Of a stretch of DNA of 64,000 bases, positions 10,412 through 20,264 are shown in pieces. The notes under the pieces were generated by a model. The model made no database searches. It was not told where the DNA came from and saw only the letters and a program-made list of their open reading frames with translations. Source of the DNA: an uncultured Methanosarcinales archaeon (GTDB taxonomy: Archaea; Nanobdellota; Nanobdellia; Woesearchaeales; GW2011-AR9); NCBI GenBank assembly GCA_964362365.1, contig CAYIEF010000003.1:79-64078 (forward strand). Direction: 5' to 3'. Each line of letters begins with the position of its first letter. Within the stretch, counting starts at the first letter, position 1. The translations under genes were made by a program, and so were the position numbers.

Positions 10412-10511
10412 ACCTCCTTTTTATTCTAAGTAAGAATTGATGTTATTTAAAATAATCGGTTTACAAAAGAAAAACAACATTTAAATTGATATTCCTATTT
10501 TTTGACTATTC

Positions 10512-11390
10512 TCATTTTTCTTTCAATCGTTTTCTTTTTTGTGCTTCTGGTTCCTGTAAATAATTTTCTGGAGTAACCACTCTATCGCTGGATTCAAGCT
10601 CAAGCTTTCTCCTTGCATCGCCGGCTATTCTCCCGCCTTTTCTGGCAGCAATCTTATTCTCAGAGAATCCTAAAGCATTTCTGCTTCGTGCTATCTTTGT
10701 AGTAGATGCTTCACCAAGTAAAGTAAAGATAAGCTCAAGGTCAGTCATATGATCTCTAAGATTCTCTTTCTTAAGACCTTTGAAATCTTTGTATTCATCA
10801 ACTGTTTTACCGAATGCGGCTTTACTAATTTCATTTGTCAGAATAGCATATTCTTTTTCTTCTTTAACATCCCTCTTTTTCCATTCATCGGTCAATTCTT
10901 GCCTTATAGCAATTCCTCTAACACGTTTCTCAATCCAATCATCTGAATACCCTTTTGTTTTATATAGTTCTTTCATTCTGGCTTGTGCAAGTTCTGGATT
11001 TTGTATTTCCTCTACTCGCTCATACCCAACTTGAGCCAGCCATTGCTTAAAGGGCTCTGCTTTAGGCGATGGTATAGACTGAATGATTCTAAACATATTC
11101 TTGGTATTCGCGCAATCGGTAGCATAATATTTGCCATCCGCGGAGGGTAATTTCAGTTGTAAACAAAGTGTTAACAACTGATTCTCTCTTCCTTTTAAAA
11201 CTCCCCAATACTGTCTCGGGCTATGACTATCAGTTAAAGCTTCGATAACATCTACAACTGAAAAGCACCACTCGTTATTATACCAAATTCTTCTTATTTT
11301 TTTGTCTTGAAAAACCACCAAAGCATTATGCTCATCCATTTTCATCACCCATTCAAGCCCCGACTGCTTCATATTATAAAAATCTTTCAT
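10512..11390 (-). CDS. Bro-N domain protein (start may be 11339-11345)
   Basis: KKIRRIW..FSVVDVI, RIIQSIPSPKAEPFKQWLA, NLRDHM. Confidence 0.85.
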   Translation of the reverse strand: MKDFYNMKQSGLEWVMKMDEHNALVVFQDKKIRRIWYNNEWCFSVVDVIEALTDSHSPRQYWGVLKGRENQLLTLCLQLKLPSADGKYYATDCANTKNMFRIIQSIPSPKAEPFKQWLAQVGYERVEEIQNPELAQARMKELYKTKGYSDDWIEKRVRGIAIRQELTDEWKKRDVKEEKEYAILTNEISKAAFGKTVDEYKDFKGLKKENLRDHMTDLELIFTLLGEASTTKIARSRNALGFSENKIAARKGGRIAGDARRKLELESSDRVVTPENYLQEPEAQKRKRLKEK

Positions 11391-11413
11391 TAAAAAGCTT
11401 GGTTGTTTGTAAG

Positions 11414-11438
11414 TTTAAACTTTTACAAAAAGTTTAAA
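11414..11438. promoter_or_regulatory. palindromic operator candidate overlapping the TATA of the phoU-like gene
   Basis: TTTAAACTTTT-ACA-AAAAGTTTAAA, perfect 11-3-11 IR. Confidence 0.4.
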
Positions 11439-11461
11439 TATCCAGCTTCGAAATAGAATAC

Positions 11462-12382
11462 ATGAAACGCAAATTAGTCCAGCAAGGAACAACAACGCTA
11501 ATGGTTTCCCTGCCTAGGACTTGGACTAAACGATTTAATCTTAGAAAAGGTCAAGAGGTGGATATTACTGACGCAAAAGATCATCTGATCATAGCTTCTT
11601 CTGAACGAAAACACAAGAAAGAAATAACTCTCTCTTTCAAAACGCATACTGAATCAGCAATACGACTTACTCTTATCAATGCATATCGTGCCGGATACGA
11701 CACTTTAACCATAAAAAATATTGACAAAGAACAACTTACCATCATCAGAGACGTTCTGCAAAACTACCTTCTGGGGATGGAGATAACCCATCAAGAAAAA
11801 GGAACGTGCGTAATAGAAAGTATCACCGAGCCGCACGAAGAGAAATTTGATATCGTCTTCCAAAAAATTTTTAGCGGCATTGCCACTATGATCCAAGGCA
11901 CAGCAGCGAGAATAGAAAATAATATGCCTTTTACAGAATATGAATTCACCATGCTGAACATCCACAAATATGACAATTTCTGCCGAAGAATGATGACGAA
12001 GCAGAATATTTACTCAGATAAAGCAATCTTCTTCTGGAATTTCTTAAGTTTGGTCATTCATGCGCCACGGGAATTATATCATCTCAATAAATATCTAGAT
12101 AAGCAGAAACTGAAATTATCAGGAAAAGAAAGCGTGTTATGCGTGCAATATTTATCTTCACTGCAAGAATTATTCTCTTTGCTTCGCCATGCCTATCAGG
12201 AGAAAGATCTATCTGCAATAGAAAAAGTGCATGAAAAATCAAGAAAACTCTTGTTCACATATTTGTACAACGAAATGAAAAAGAATAACAGTAATCCTAT
12301 TGTAGTGCACCATATCAGTATAGCTTTGAGAAATCTTTATCTTTCTACTAGTCCTTTGATTGGATTGATGCTGGAAACATAG
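11462..12382 (+). CDS. archaeal AbrB-PhoU-like regulator
   Basis: RKLVQQG..TLMVSLP..W AbrB domain, AYRAGYD, helical C-terminus. Confidence 0.75.
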   Translation: MKRKLVQQGTTTLMVSLPRTWTKRFNLRKGQEVDITDAKDHLIIASSERKHKKEITLSFKTHTESAIRLTLINAYRAGYDTLTIKNIDKEQLTIIRDVLQNYLLGMEITHQEKGTCVIESITEPHEEKFDIVFQKIFSGIATMIQGTAARIENNMPFTEYEFTMLNIHKYDNFCRRMMTKQNIYSDKAIFFWNFLSLVIHAPRELYHLNKYLDKQKLKLSGKESVLCVQYLSSLQELFSLLRHAYQEKDLSAIEKVHEKSRKLLFTYLYNEMKKNNSNPIVVHHISIALRNLYLSTSPLIGLMLET

Positions 12383-12487
12383 AAAATAATTGAATCTACC
12401 AATCTGCATGGAACATTTATAAGTAAGTCCATTTTATATTATCTCCATTCTGGCTTTTGGCTAGTATCTTTTCTCCGCGCAGAGTAC

Positions 12488-13280
12488 GGCAGGTCTGGAG
12501 CTTTTTGATGTTGAGCGGAAGACCTGCTGGTGAATGCGCTTAAAATCCGAAGGATTTTCAAACTCTAAGAATACTCTTTTTCTCACAGGTTAAAGCTTTA
12601 AGAAAGCAGTAAGCAAACCAAAATCAATAGTACCTTTGGGGCACTATTCGTATAGCGCTAAAGGTCTGAGACAACCCGTCGAACCGATATGATTTGCTTA
12701 CAGCAATTTACTTCTTTATAGCTTTAGCTATAAAATAGTTTCTAAAAAAAAGGTGATTCTTATGACAAGACAAAAAGATACTAGAAATAATTGGATAACA
12801 TTCATGTTTGTGTGTAAATATCGATATAACTGTCTGCGTAAGCAGTCAGTTATGAATGACTGCGAAGCAGCATTTAGAGAGTTTGAAAACTGCGGGTTCA
12901 AGTTTGGTCCGATTGGCTTTGGAGGAAACCACACTCATTTTAGGGTGGATGTTCCAAAGCAATATTCAATCGAGGTTGCCGAAATAATGTTAAAATCAAG
13001 ATCATCGAAAAGAATTTTCGAGAAACATCCCAACTTCCGCAAGCGCTATCCGCACGGAAGTTTCTGATCGGGATATGAACATCACGAATCGACGGGAAGA
13101 AAAGATATAGCTGCAGCTGATAAGTATATCCTCAGTCAAGAAGAACATCATGCAGTGCAGGTAATCCGTGATGTTCAAAAGAAAATTTTTTCTTTTGCCG
13201 CCGACGAAGATACTGCTACTCCCGCAGGAGTCGCAGAGTAAGGAGGCGGAAGGGGATTATAAGGGGTCGCAACCCCTTAT
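12488..13280 (+). mobile_element. IS200/IS605-family element (tnpA only; ends approximate)
   Basis: tnpA flanked by long hairpins upstream (12488-12727) and TAAGGGG..CCCCTTA downstream. Confidence 0.6.
12762..13241 (+). pseudogene. tnpA: IS200 TnpA (Y1 HUH transposase) with nonsense codon
   Basis: KYRY, HUH (HTH), GSF*SGY (TGA 13065-13067 at the conserved Trp), YILSQ catalytic motif downstream in the same frame. Confidence 0.85.
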
Positions 13281-13819
13281 TTCATTTCTTGGTATAGTGC
13301 TGCATTTTGGAAGTCAATAATCTTTGCCAGATCTAGTTGGCGTCCAACCAAAATATTTGAAGGCTTAATATCTCGATGGAGCATTTTTCTATCCACGTGA
13401 AGATACCTTAAGGCATCAGAAACTTGTGAGAATATGGCCCTAAAGAAATTATTGGTTAAAATAGGCCCCTGCACTCTAACCTTATCTTCCAAAGAAACAG
13501 CATCAAAGTGTTCTTCAATCACTACAAATCTTTTTTCATCTTCTAAGAGATCATGAATTTGGATTATATTTGGGTGCTGTAAGGCATTAAGTGTTTCCAG
13601 CTCGCGCACATTCAAATCGCCTTTAGAGCAGTTAATCCGATGTTGAACAGAATCCTTCTCTTTTTCATGATTTACTTTAGCGACGAGTTTTTTACGCAAA
13701 GGGCCTTTGATATACATCACTTCATAAACTTCTCTGAAGTATCCTTCTCCCAACTTTCGGCCTAGAATGTAGTGATGACTTTTCAGAAAATCACGCAGAT
13801 CAACATTGTTCTTTGGCAT
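13277..13819 (-). pseudogene. Ser/Thr protein kinase, C-terminally truncated
   Basis: LGEGYF, VAK, HPNII, HRDIKPSN, DFQ, then a stop at the IS200 end. Confidence 0.75.
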
Positions 13820-13916
13820 ATATATTCTAGAAGCCATCCATTTTAAAATATTTCTAAGAATATTTACTAAATTGGCCATAAGCAACATTTAAATAATCTA
13901 ATTTCATTCTACTTCC

Positions 13917-14903
13917 ATGTCCAAAAAGAAGGTGTTTGTTACTCAAAAAATTCCTGAAAAAGGATTGCAACTTCTTAAAAAATATTTCCGGGTAAAAGTA
14001 TATCCTAAGGATCAAATTATCTCTAAAAAAGAGCTACTAAAAGAGATTAAAAAGTGCGACGCGCTTCTCTGTTTGTTAACCGATAAAATAGACCAAGAAA
14101 TAATAAATGCCAATTCCCATCTCAAAATAATTTCCAATTATGCCGTAGGTTTCGACAATGTGGATGTGAAAGCAGCTACAGCAAGAGGTATTCCCGTAAC
14201 TAACACCCCCGGTGTTTTAGAAAATGCGGTTGCTGAACATACTTTTGCCTTGATGCTGGCTCTTTCCAAACGTATTGTGGAAGCAGATCGTTTTACCCGC
14301 GCTGGCAAATACAAGCGCTGGGAACCTATGCTGCTGCTGGGAACTGAATTGGAAGGAAAAACGATTGGCATTATCGGATTAGGAAGAATTGGCGCAGGAG
14401 TAGCAGAACGTGCCAGAAAAGGCATGGGCATTAATGTTCTTTACCATGATATCAAGCGCAATAAACAATTCGAAAAAGAATACCAAGCCAAATATGTCTC
14501 TTTATCGGAATTACTCAAAAAGTCTGACTTTGTTTCTTTGCACGTTCCATTGCTTCCCTCAACTAGGCACTTGATAGGCAGGGAGGAATTAAAATTGATG
14601 AAAAAAACTGCTTATTTAATCAATACTTCTCGAGGTCCAGTAATCGATGAAAAAGCATTAGCTGAAGCGCTGCAGAAAAAACATATCGCCGGTGCAGGTT
14701 TGGATGTCTATGAAAATGAACCAAAGATAAATCCCTTATTGACTAAGCTTCGGAATACAGTATTAACGCCGCATACTGCTTCTGCCACAGTTGAAGCAAG
14801 AACAGCCATGTCTGAACTGGCGGCGCAGAATATCATTGATATCCTCCAGGGAAGAAAAGCAAAGTTTACGGTAAATCCGGAAGTATATGGAACAAAAAAG
14901 TAA
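13917..14903 (+). CDS. gyaR: D-glycerate dehydrogenase/glyoxylate reductase
   Basis: AVGFDNVD, TNTPGVL, GLGRIG, NTSRG, TPHTAS. Confidence 0.9.
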   Translation: MSKKKVFVTQKIPEKGLQLLKKYFRVKVYPKDQIISKKELLKEIKKCDALLCLLTDKIDQEIINANSHLKIISNYAVGFDNVDVKAATARGIPVTNTPGVLENAVAEHTFALMLALSKRIVEADRFTRAGKYKRWEPMLLLGTELEGKTIGIIGLGRIGAGVAERARKGMGINVLYHDIKRNKQFEKEYQAKYVSLSELLKKSDFVSLHVPLLPSTRHLIGREELKLMKKTAYLINTSRGPVIDEKALAEALQKKHIAGAGLDVYENEPKINPLLTKLRNTVLTPHTASATVEARTAMSELAAQNIIDILQGRKAKFTVNPEVYGTKK

Positions 14904-15669
14904 TCTGAGGCAGTTTACTGTATCTGCAGCCAAAAAAGCAGGAGCATTTCTGCTGCGCACTTTTAAAAAAGATGTATCTTTAGTGAAAAAAAGAGGAACG
15001 GCAAAAGAGATGCACTTGATGCAGGATCTAAAAAGTGATAAGCTTATCATTTCTGCAATTAAAAAAAAATTCCCAAGTCACAATATTCTTACCGAAGAAA
15101 GCGGTTTTATCAACAAGAAAAGCGAATATACATGGATTATAGACCCTTTGGACGGCAGCACTAATTTTGCCAGAGGAAATCCTTTCTTTGCGGTTTCCAT
15201 TGCCTTGATGAAGAAAAAAGAACTTTTGGTAGGTGTTGTTTTTGCTCCTTATTTGAAAGAATTATATGTTGCCGAAAAAGGGAAGGGTGTATATTTGAAT
15301 GGAAAAAAAATTCATGTTTCCAACAAATCAAAGCTTGCAGAAGGCTATTTAGTCAGCTGCGAAGGCGGGGATGCCACTAATAGACAGATTGCTGCGATAA
15401 ATGCGAAATTCCTTCCTCTGGTAAAAGATATGCGCAAACTTGGTTCGGCAGCTTTAGAATCATCATCGGTTGCGGCGGGAAGAAGTGAGGCATACATTGT
15501 TCGTAAGATTTCTTCCTGGGATGTGGCTGCGGGAGTATTATTTGTGGAAGAAGCTGGAGGCAAAGTGACTGATTTTGAAGGGAAGCCGTGGAACGGCAGA
15601 AAATCTAACTTGGTGTTTTCGAATGGGAAAGTGCATCAGAAGGTACTGAAAAAATTATCTTCTCTTTAA
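14887..15669 (+). CDS. suhB: inositol monophosphatase family
   Basis: TEES, WIIDPLDGSTNF, WDVAAG. Confidence 0.88.
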   Translation: MEQKSNLRQFTVSAAKKAGAFLLRTFKKDVSLVKKRGTAKEMHLMQDLKSDKLIISAIKKKFPSHNILTEESGFINKKSEYTWIIDPLDGSTNFARGNPFFAVSIALMKKKELLVGVVFAPYLKELYVAEKGKGVYLNGKKIHVSNKSKLAEGYLVSCEGGDATNRQIAAINAKFLPLVKDMRKLGSAALESSSVAAGRSEAYIVRKISSWDVAAGVLFVEEAGGKVTDFEGKPWNGRKSNLVFSNGKVHQKVLKKLSSL

Positions 15670-16326
15670 TCCATCAATCTTCACAGGAATATCACACAAA
15701 TTACTAAACCTGAAATCCGCTTCCAGATCTTCTTTCAATTTTTCGTACATATGTTTCTTTCCTAACAAAATGGTCTTTACTTTCACTTTCCTGTTGGCAA
15801 TCACGTCAGAATGAGCATCCCCAATATATAGCGCTTCCTGAGGTTTCAAATGGTGTTTCTTCAATATATGCCTCAGATTCTCCACTTTCGGTTTGGGGCC
15901 GCCCAGAATTTCATCAAAATACTGTCCTACGCCGCAATGGTCTGCTATTTTCTTGACTTCTCTTTTATCTTCTAATGATAATAAAAATAGAAACTCAACT
16001 TGTTTCTTCAATTCTTTAAGGACATTTGTGCATTGAAACATAGGACAAGATTGCATGCTTTTTTGGTAATGCTGCCCAAAATGGCCCTTCACCATTTTCA
16101 GTTCTTTTGCCGTTGGTTTTCTCTTTATAAACTGTTTAAACAACGCTTTTACTTTCTCCTCCCGATTCAGCGCTTTTCCACTTAATCTCTGGTAGGCAGC
16201 TTTAACCTCGTTTTTGATTTTGAATCTCTCACGGAATACTTTCTCCATTTCTTTCGCTTTCTGCTCTTCAGACATGATCAAGGTGCCGTCAAAATCGAAA
16301 CCCACTGCTCTGATTTTAGATTTCAT
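15655..16326 (-). CDS. HAD-family hydrolase
   Basis: FDFDGTL, KPK, IGDAHSD. Confidence 0.88.
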   Translation of the reverse strand: MKSKIRAVGFDFDGTLIMSEEQKAKEMEKVFRERFKIKNEVKAAYQRLSGKALNREEKVKALFKQFIKRKPTAKELKMVKGHFGQHYQKSMQSCPMFQCTNVLKELKKQVEFLFLLSLEDKREVKKIADHCGVGQYFDEILGGPKPKVENLRHILKKHHLKPQEALYIGDAHSDVIANRKVKVKTILLGKKHMYEKLKEDLEADFRFSNLCDIPVKIDGLKRR

Positions 16327-16365
16327 GCATAACTAAAAATAAGAAGATAAAAAAAAGAAGAATGC

Positions 16366-16539
16366 TTACTTCTTTGCGCCCATGATCCTAAACATGGTAG
16401 TTCCGCACTTAGGGCATTTTCCTTTCATAGCTCTTCGTACTACGCCGCCTTTCCCTTTCATGGAAACTTCTTTACCATCGGCCATCTGGCGCTTTGCCTT
16501 ACATTTCACACAATATCCTTCTACGCTTGCTCCTGCCAT
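16366..16539 (-). CDS. small zinc-ribbon protein (DUF5679-like)
   Basis: YCVKC...GKCPKCGTTMFRI; GAGGTG RBS. Confidence 0.8.
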   Translation of the reverse strand: MAGASVEGYCVKCKAKRQMADGKEVSMKGKGGVVRRAMKGKCPKCGTTMFRIMGAKK

Positions 16540-16651
16540 TATAAACACCTCAGTATTTTATTAGAACGTTATTTTCACGCCCTTTATGCTTATTGAGCTT
16601 ATTTGTATTATAAACATTTCGATAGAATAAGCTGAAAATAAGAGAAAATAG

Positions 16652-19147
16652 CTATTTTACTAAACCTATTTTGATGTTGAATTTATCACTCTCTAATGAT
16701 GTCTTGCCTGCAAAAACAATCTCTTTTACATTCAAAACTGCTTTCAGATCAGCCTCCATGCTCTTGATCATTTGATGGAATTCCAGATCATCATCGCCTA
16801 AAATTAGTCTGGTAAATCCCTCTTTCATAGAAAGCTGCTGTTCTGATTTGTATTTGCGGACGGTGTTGATAATGTCCACTCCCATGTCGCCAACTAGCTC
16901 TGCTTTCTCATCAACTAACTTCTGATTGAATTCTGGCCAGGGGGAAATATGGATGCTTTTTTTCTTTTCTCGTTCTGCAAAATACAAGTGGTAAATCTCT
17001 TCCGTAATATGCGGCATGATCGGCGCGCTCATTTTCAAGATGGATAAAAAACTCTGATAGAGCGCATACTGCGCGCTTTTTCTTTCTTCATGTCCGTGTG
17101 CACCAGGATTATATAGCCGATCTTTGACAATTTCCAGATAATTATCACAAAAGGTATGCCAGAAGAATTGTTCCACTTCTGCTTTGGTTTTTGCATATTC
17201 GTAATTTTCAAAGGATTCGGTGCTTTCCTTGATCACTTTATGCAATTTGCTTAACAGCCATTTGTCAAAAACTTCAGACGGCTTCGGCTTCATTTTTGCA
17301 GCATGATCATAATCTTCCAAATGCAGCAATGCAAACTTGGAAGCATTCCATAATTTTGTGACAAACTTCTGACCGGTAAGCAGATCCTTGTCTTGGAACG
17401 GCAAATCATCACCTAACTTCGATCCCGCCGCCCAGAAGCGTAATGCATCAGCAGAATATTTTTTGATCATCTCCTGCGGCTCGACAATATTTCCTAATGA
17501 TTTAGACATCTTCCGCCCGTGCGGATCCTGCGCGTGTCCTGATATCATGACCCGTTTCCAAGGAACACGGCCATGATGATAATAACTCTTGACAGCGGTA
17601 TAAAACAACCAGGTCCTGATGATATCGTGAGCTTGAGGGCGCAGATCAAATTTCCTATCATCGTATTTGTAATCGTATTCTCCTTTGCTTACCCAATTGC
17701 TGGCAATCTCCGGGGTGACAGAAGAAGTTGCCCAAGTGTCCAGGACATCGGTTTCTCCTTTGAATGGTGTTGAACCGCAGGAACAGGCCTTCTTTGGCTT
17801 TTGGGTAGTTGGATCTACTGGCAAATCTTTGACTTCTGGGAGCATATAACTTTTACACTTGACACAGCTCCAGATAGGGATAGGAATACCAAAGTGCCGT
17901 TGCCGGGAAATACACCAGTCCCAATTCAAGTTCTGCACCCAGTGATCATAGCGTACTTTCATATGCTGGGGATACCAGGTAATGTCGTTGGCTAACTCCA
18001 GCAGTTCTTCCTTTTTATCGAGAATCTTAATATACCACTGTGTTGTTTTCAGAAATTCTATTTCTGTCTTACAACGTTCATGCACATTTACGTCGTGCAT
18101 TATTTCTTTTTGCTTGAGCAATAATCCTTTTTCCTTCAATTTGTCAAGGATTGCCTGCCGAGCTTCCTTGATCTTTAATCCTTTGAATTCTCCGGCTAAT
18201 TCGTTCATCCTGCCGTTCTTTTCAAAGACTGCCCGAAGAGGCAACCTGTATCTAAACCATTTATCTACGTCTTCCTTGTCACCAAAGGTACAGACCATCA
18301 TTAAGCCTGTTCCTTTGTCTTTCTGTACTGCTTCGTCAGCAAGAATAGGGATTTCATAATTGAAGATCGGCACTCGTGCAGCTTTTCCTTTTAACTGCTG
18401 ATACCGCTCATCAGCCGGATTGTAAAACAAAGCTACACAGGCGGGAATTAATTCTGGTCTGGTGGTGGAAATAACTAACTGTTTCCCGCCGGAAGAGAAG
18501 GCAATATCATTGAAATGCGATTTCATCTCTACGGATTCAAATTCTGCTTGGGCAATCGCAGTGTGGCATAATACACAATAGGCTCCAGGCGCTTCTTGTT
18601 GGTAGATGCGTCCTTTCTTGAACAGATCGATGAATGAAGCTTGCGAAGTGATCTGGCAGTGTCGATTGATAGTTGAGTACGAACGTTTGAAGTCAGCAGA
18701 CATGCCGATATCTTTCCAGCTCTGGATGAATTTCGGTTTTTCTTCCTCAATTACCTGATTACAGATCTTGACAAACTCTTCCCGGCTCATCTTGGAGGAA
18801 AGAATGTTCTTTTTCTTCTCCACTAACTTCTCGGTGGGCAAGCCATTATCATCAGTCCCAAAAGGGAAGAAGACATTTTTCCCTTTCATGCGCTGGTAGC
18901 GGACCACGATATCCTGCTGAGTATAGCTGAAAGCATGTCCCATGTGCATTTTTCCAGAAACAGTTGGTGGGGGCGTATCTACGGCATAGGTTTCCTTCTT
19001 TTGATCGGGATGGTAGACAAAAACTTCCTTTTCTTCCCAATACTTCTGCCAGCGCGGTTCAGCTTCTTTTGGGTCGTAGTTTCCTAAAAAACCTTTAGGT
19101 TTTTGGGACATCAAAGGTTCCACATTTGCTTGTTTAGGCAACTCCAT
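16652..19147 (-). CDS. valS: valyl-tRNA synthetase (archaeal type)
   Basis: DTPPPTVSG, HMGH, DWCISRQR, KMSKS. Confidence 0.95.
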   Translation of the reverse strand: MELPKQANVEPLMSQKPKGFLGNYDPKEAEPRWQKYWEEKEVFVYHPDQKKETYAVDTPPPTVSGKMHMGHAFSYTQQDIVVRYQRMKGKNVFFPFGTDDNGLPTEKLVEKKKNILSSKMSREEFVKICNQVIEEEKPKFIQSWKDIGMSADFKRSYSTINRHCQITSQASFIDLFKKGRIYQQEAPGAYCVLCHTAIAQAEFESVEMKSHFNDIAFSSGGKQLVISTTRPELIPACVALFYNPADERYQQLKGKAARVPIFNYEIPILADEAVQKDKGTGLMMVCTFGDKEDVDKWFRYRLPLRAVFEKNGRMNELAGEFKGLKIKEARQAILDKLKEKGLLLKQKEIMHDVNVHERCKTEIEFLKTTQWYIKILDKKEELLELANDITWYPQHMKVRYDHWVQNLNWDWCISRQRHFGIPIPIWSCVKCKSYMLPEVKDLPVDPTTQKPKKACSCGSTPFKGETDVLDTWATSSVTPEIASNWVSKGEYDYKYDDRKFDLRPQAHDIIRTWLFYTAVKSYYHHGRVPWKRVMISGHAQDPHGRKMSKSLGNIVEPQEMIKKYSADALRFWAAGSKLGDDLPFQDKDLLTGQKFVTKLWNASKFALLHLEDYDHAAKMKPKPSEVFDKWLLSKLHKVIKESTESFENYEYAKTKAEVEQFFWHTFCDNYLEIVKDRLYNPGAHGHEERKSAQYALYQSFLSILKMSAPIMPHITEEIYHLYFAEREKKKSIHISPWPEFNQKLVDEKAELVGDMGVDIINTVRKYKSEQQLSMKEGFTRLILGDDDLEFHQMIKSMEADLKAVLNVKEIVFAGKTSLESDKFNIKIGLVK

Positions 19148-19247
19148 TCTTAGCTAAAGGAGAGAGGATATTTAAAAAGTTAATGACAGGAAACGGTATT
19201 TTCAACAACTAAAAAAATTTAAAGAGAAAGCTAAAAAGGAAAATCGT

Positions 19248-19319
19248 GAGGTCGTAGTGTAAAAGGTATCATCCTTGGTTGGTGACCTTGAGATCCGGGT
19301 TCGATTCCCGGCGGTCCCA
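19248..19319 (+). tRNA. atypical tRNA or pseudo-tRNA: anticodon GGT (Thr) in a Pro-like body
   Basis: Perfect T arm CCGGG-TTCGATT-CCCGG, A73, loop TT-GGT-GA; mismatches in the acceptor (A2:C71) and anticodon stem (two T:T). Confidence 0.65.
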
Positions 19320-19381
19320 CATCCCATTTAAAATTGAATGTTTTTATATATTTTTCTGTAGTTAATTGTAGATATATCCAA

Positions 19382-19807
19382 TTGCCGTTCACAAACCTAA
19401 ATAACACCATTTATATATCAGCTCTCTTTTCATAATAGAAATGCCAACGATTGAAATAGTGAGATATAGGTGTCCTAAATGTGGAAAAGAATATGAAGAT
19501 TCAGCGAGAGGACATTTTCCTGGAAAACCTTGTAAAGAATGCACTCAATTGATGATTAAATTAACTCAGCTTGAAAGACAATTAATCGCTGAAGAGTTTT
19601 CTATTGAACAAGAAGATGAGAAGATAGCAAGACAGATGAACGACTTGCTTGTTAAAGAAAGTTCTGGCATTTCTGAAAATGATGAAAGATTGCTAACCGC
19701 TTTAACAGAAAGAATGCTAAAAGATGAAAAGAGAAGAAAAAGAATAATTAAACAGATATTAAGTTTACAAAAAAAGAAACGTTAATTCTACGGTTTGTGA
19801 ACGACAA
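19382..19807. mobile_element. IR-bounded cassette carrying one small ORF
   Basis: 16-bp IR TTGCCGTTCACAAACC / GGTTTGTGAACGACAA (15/16); no TSD seen. Confidence 0.4.
19441..19785 (+). CDS. hypothetical zinc-ribbon + coiled-coil protein
   Basis: CPKC..CKEC; TTTATATA upstream. Confidence 0.65.
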   Translation: MPTIEIVRYRCPKCGKEYEDSARGHFPGKPCKECTQLMIKLTQLERQLIAEEFSIEQEDEKIARQMNDLLVKESSGISENDERLLTALTERMLKDEKRRKRIIKQILSLQKKKR

Positions 19808-19871
19808 CTTTTCGGACGAAATTTTCCCCACTACGTAGGGGAAAAGGATATAACAGGATCTCTAAGATCTG

Positions 19872-20252
19872 CTATATTTTGGCATTTGTTAGCTTTCTTT
19901 GAGTATACTTTTCTTCGTGTTTTAATGCAATTTCGTGAGCACTTTCCCTCTTGTAATCATGATACTGCATTAGGCATATTTCTACAATTTCAGGTAATAA
20001 GCATAATCTTCTTTCATTTTCTGCTTGACCATTTGCAATTAAAACTAAACATTTCTGGGGTTTTTTGTAGATTATAGTTCCTTCAATTATTCTTTCTATT
20101 TCTTCTGGTTGTACAGATGCTATAGCGCTAGGAGCGGATTCAACACAACGATCAAAATATTTTATTATAAATTCAATTCCATTGTATTCCACTAAAGAGT
20201 CCGAAACTAGGCTTGCTTCATCTACAAGAGAATATAATTTATCATAATCCAT
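19872..20252 (-). CDS. hypothetical protein
   Basis: 126-aa ORF downstream of guaB. Confidence 0.5.
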   Translation of the reverse strand: MDYDKLYSLVDEASLVSDSLVEYNGIEFIIKYFDRCVESAPSAIASVQPEEIERIIEGTIIYKKPQKCLVLIANGQAENERRLCLLPEIVEICLMQYHDYKRESAHEIALKHEEKYTQRKLTNAKI

Positions 20253-20264
20253 AATCGATTCTGC

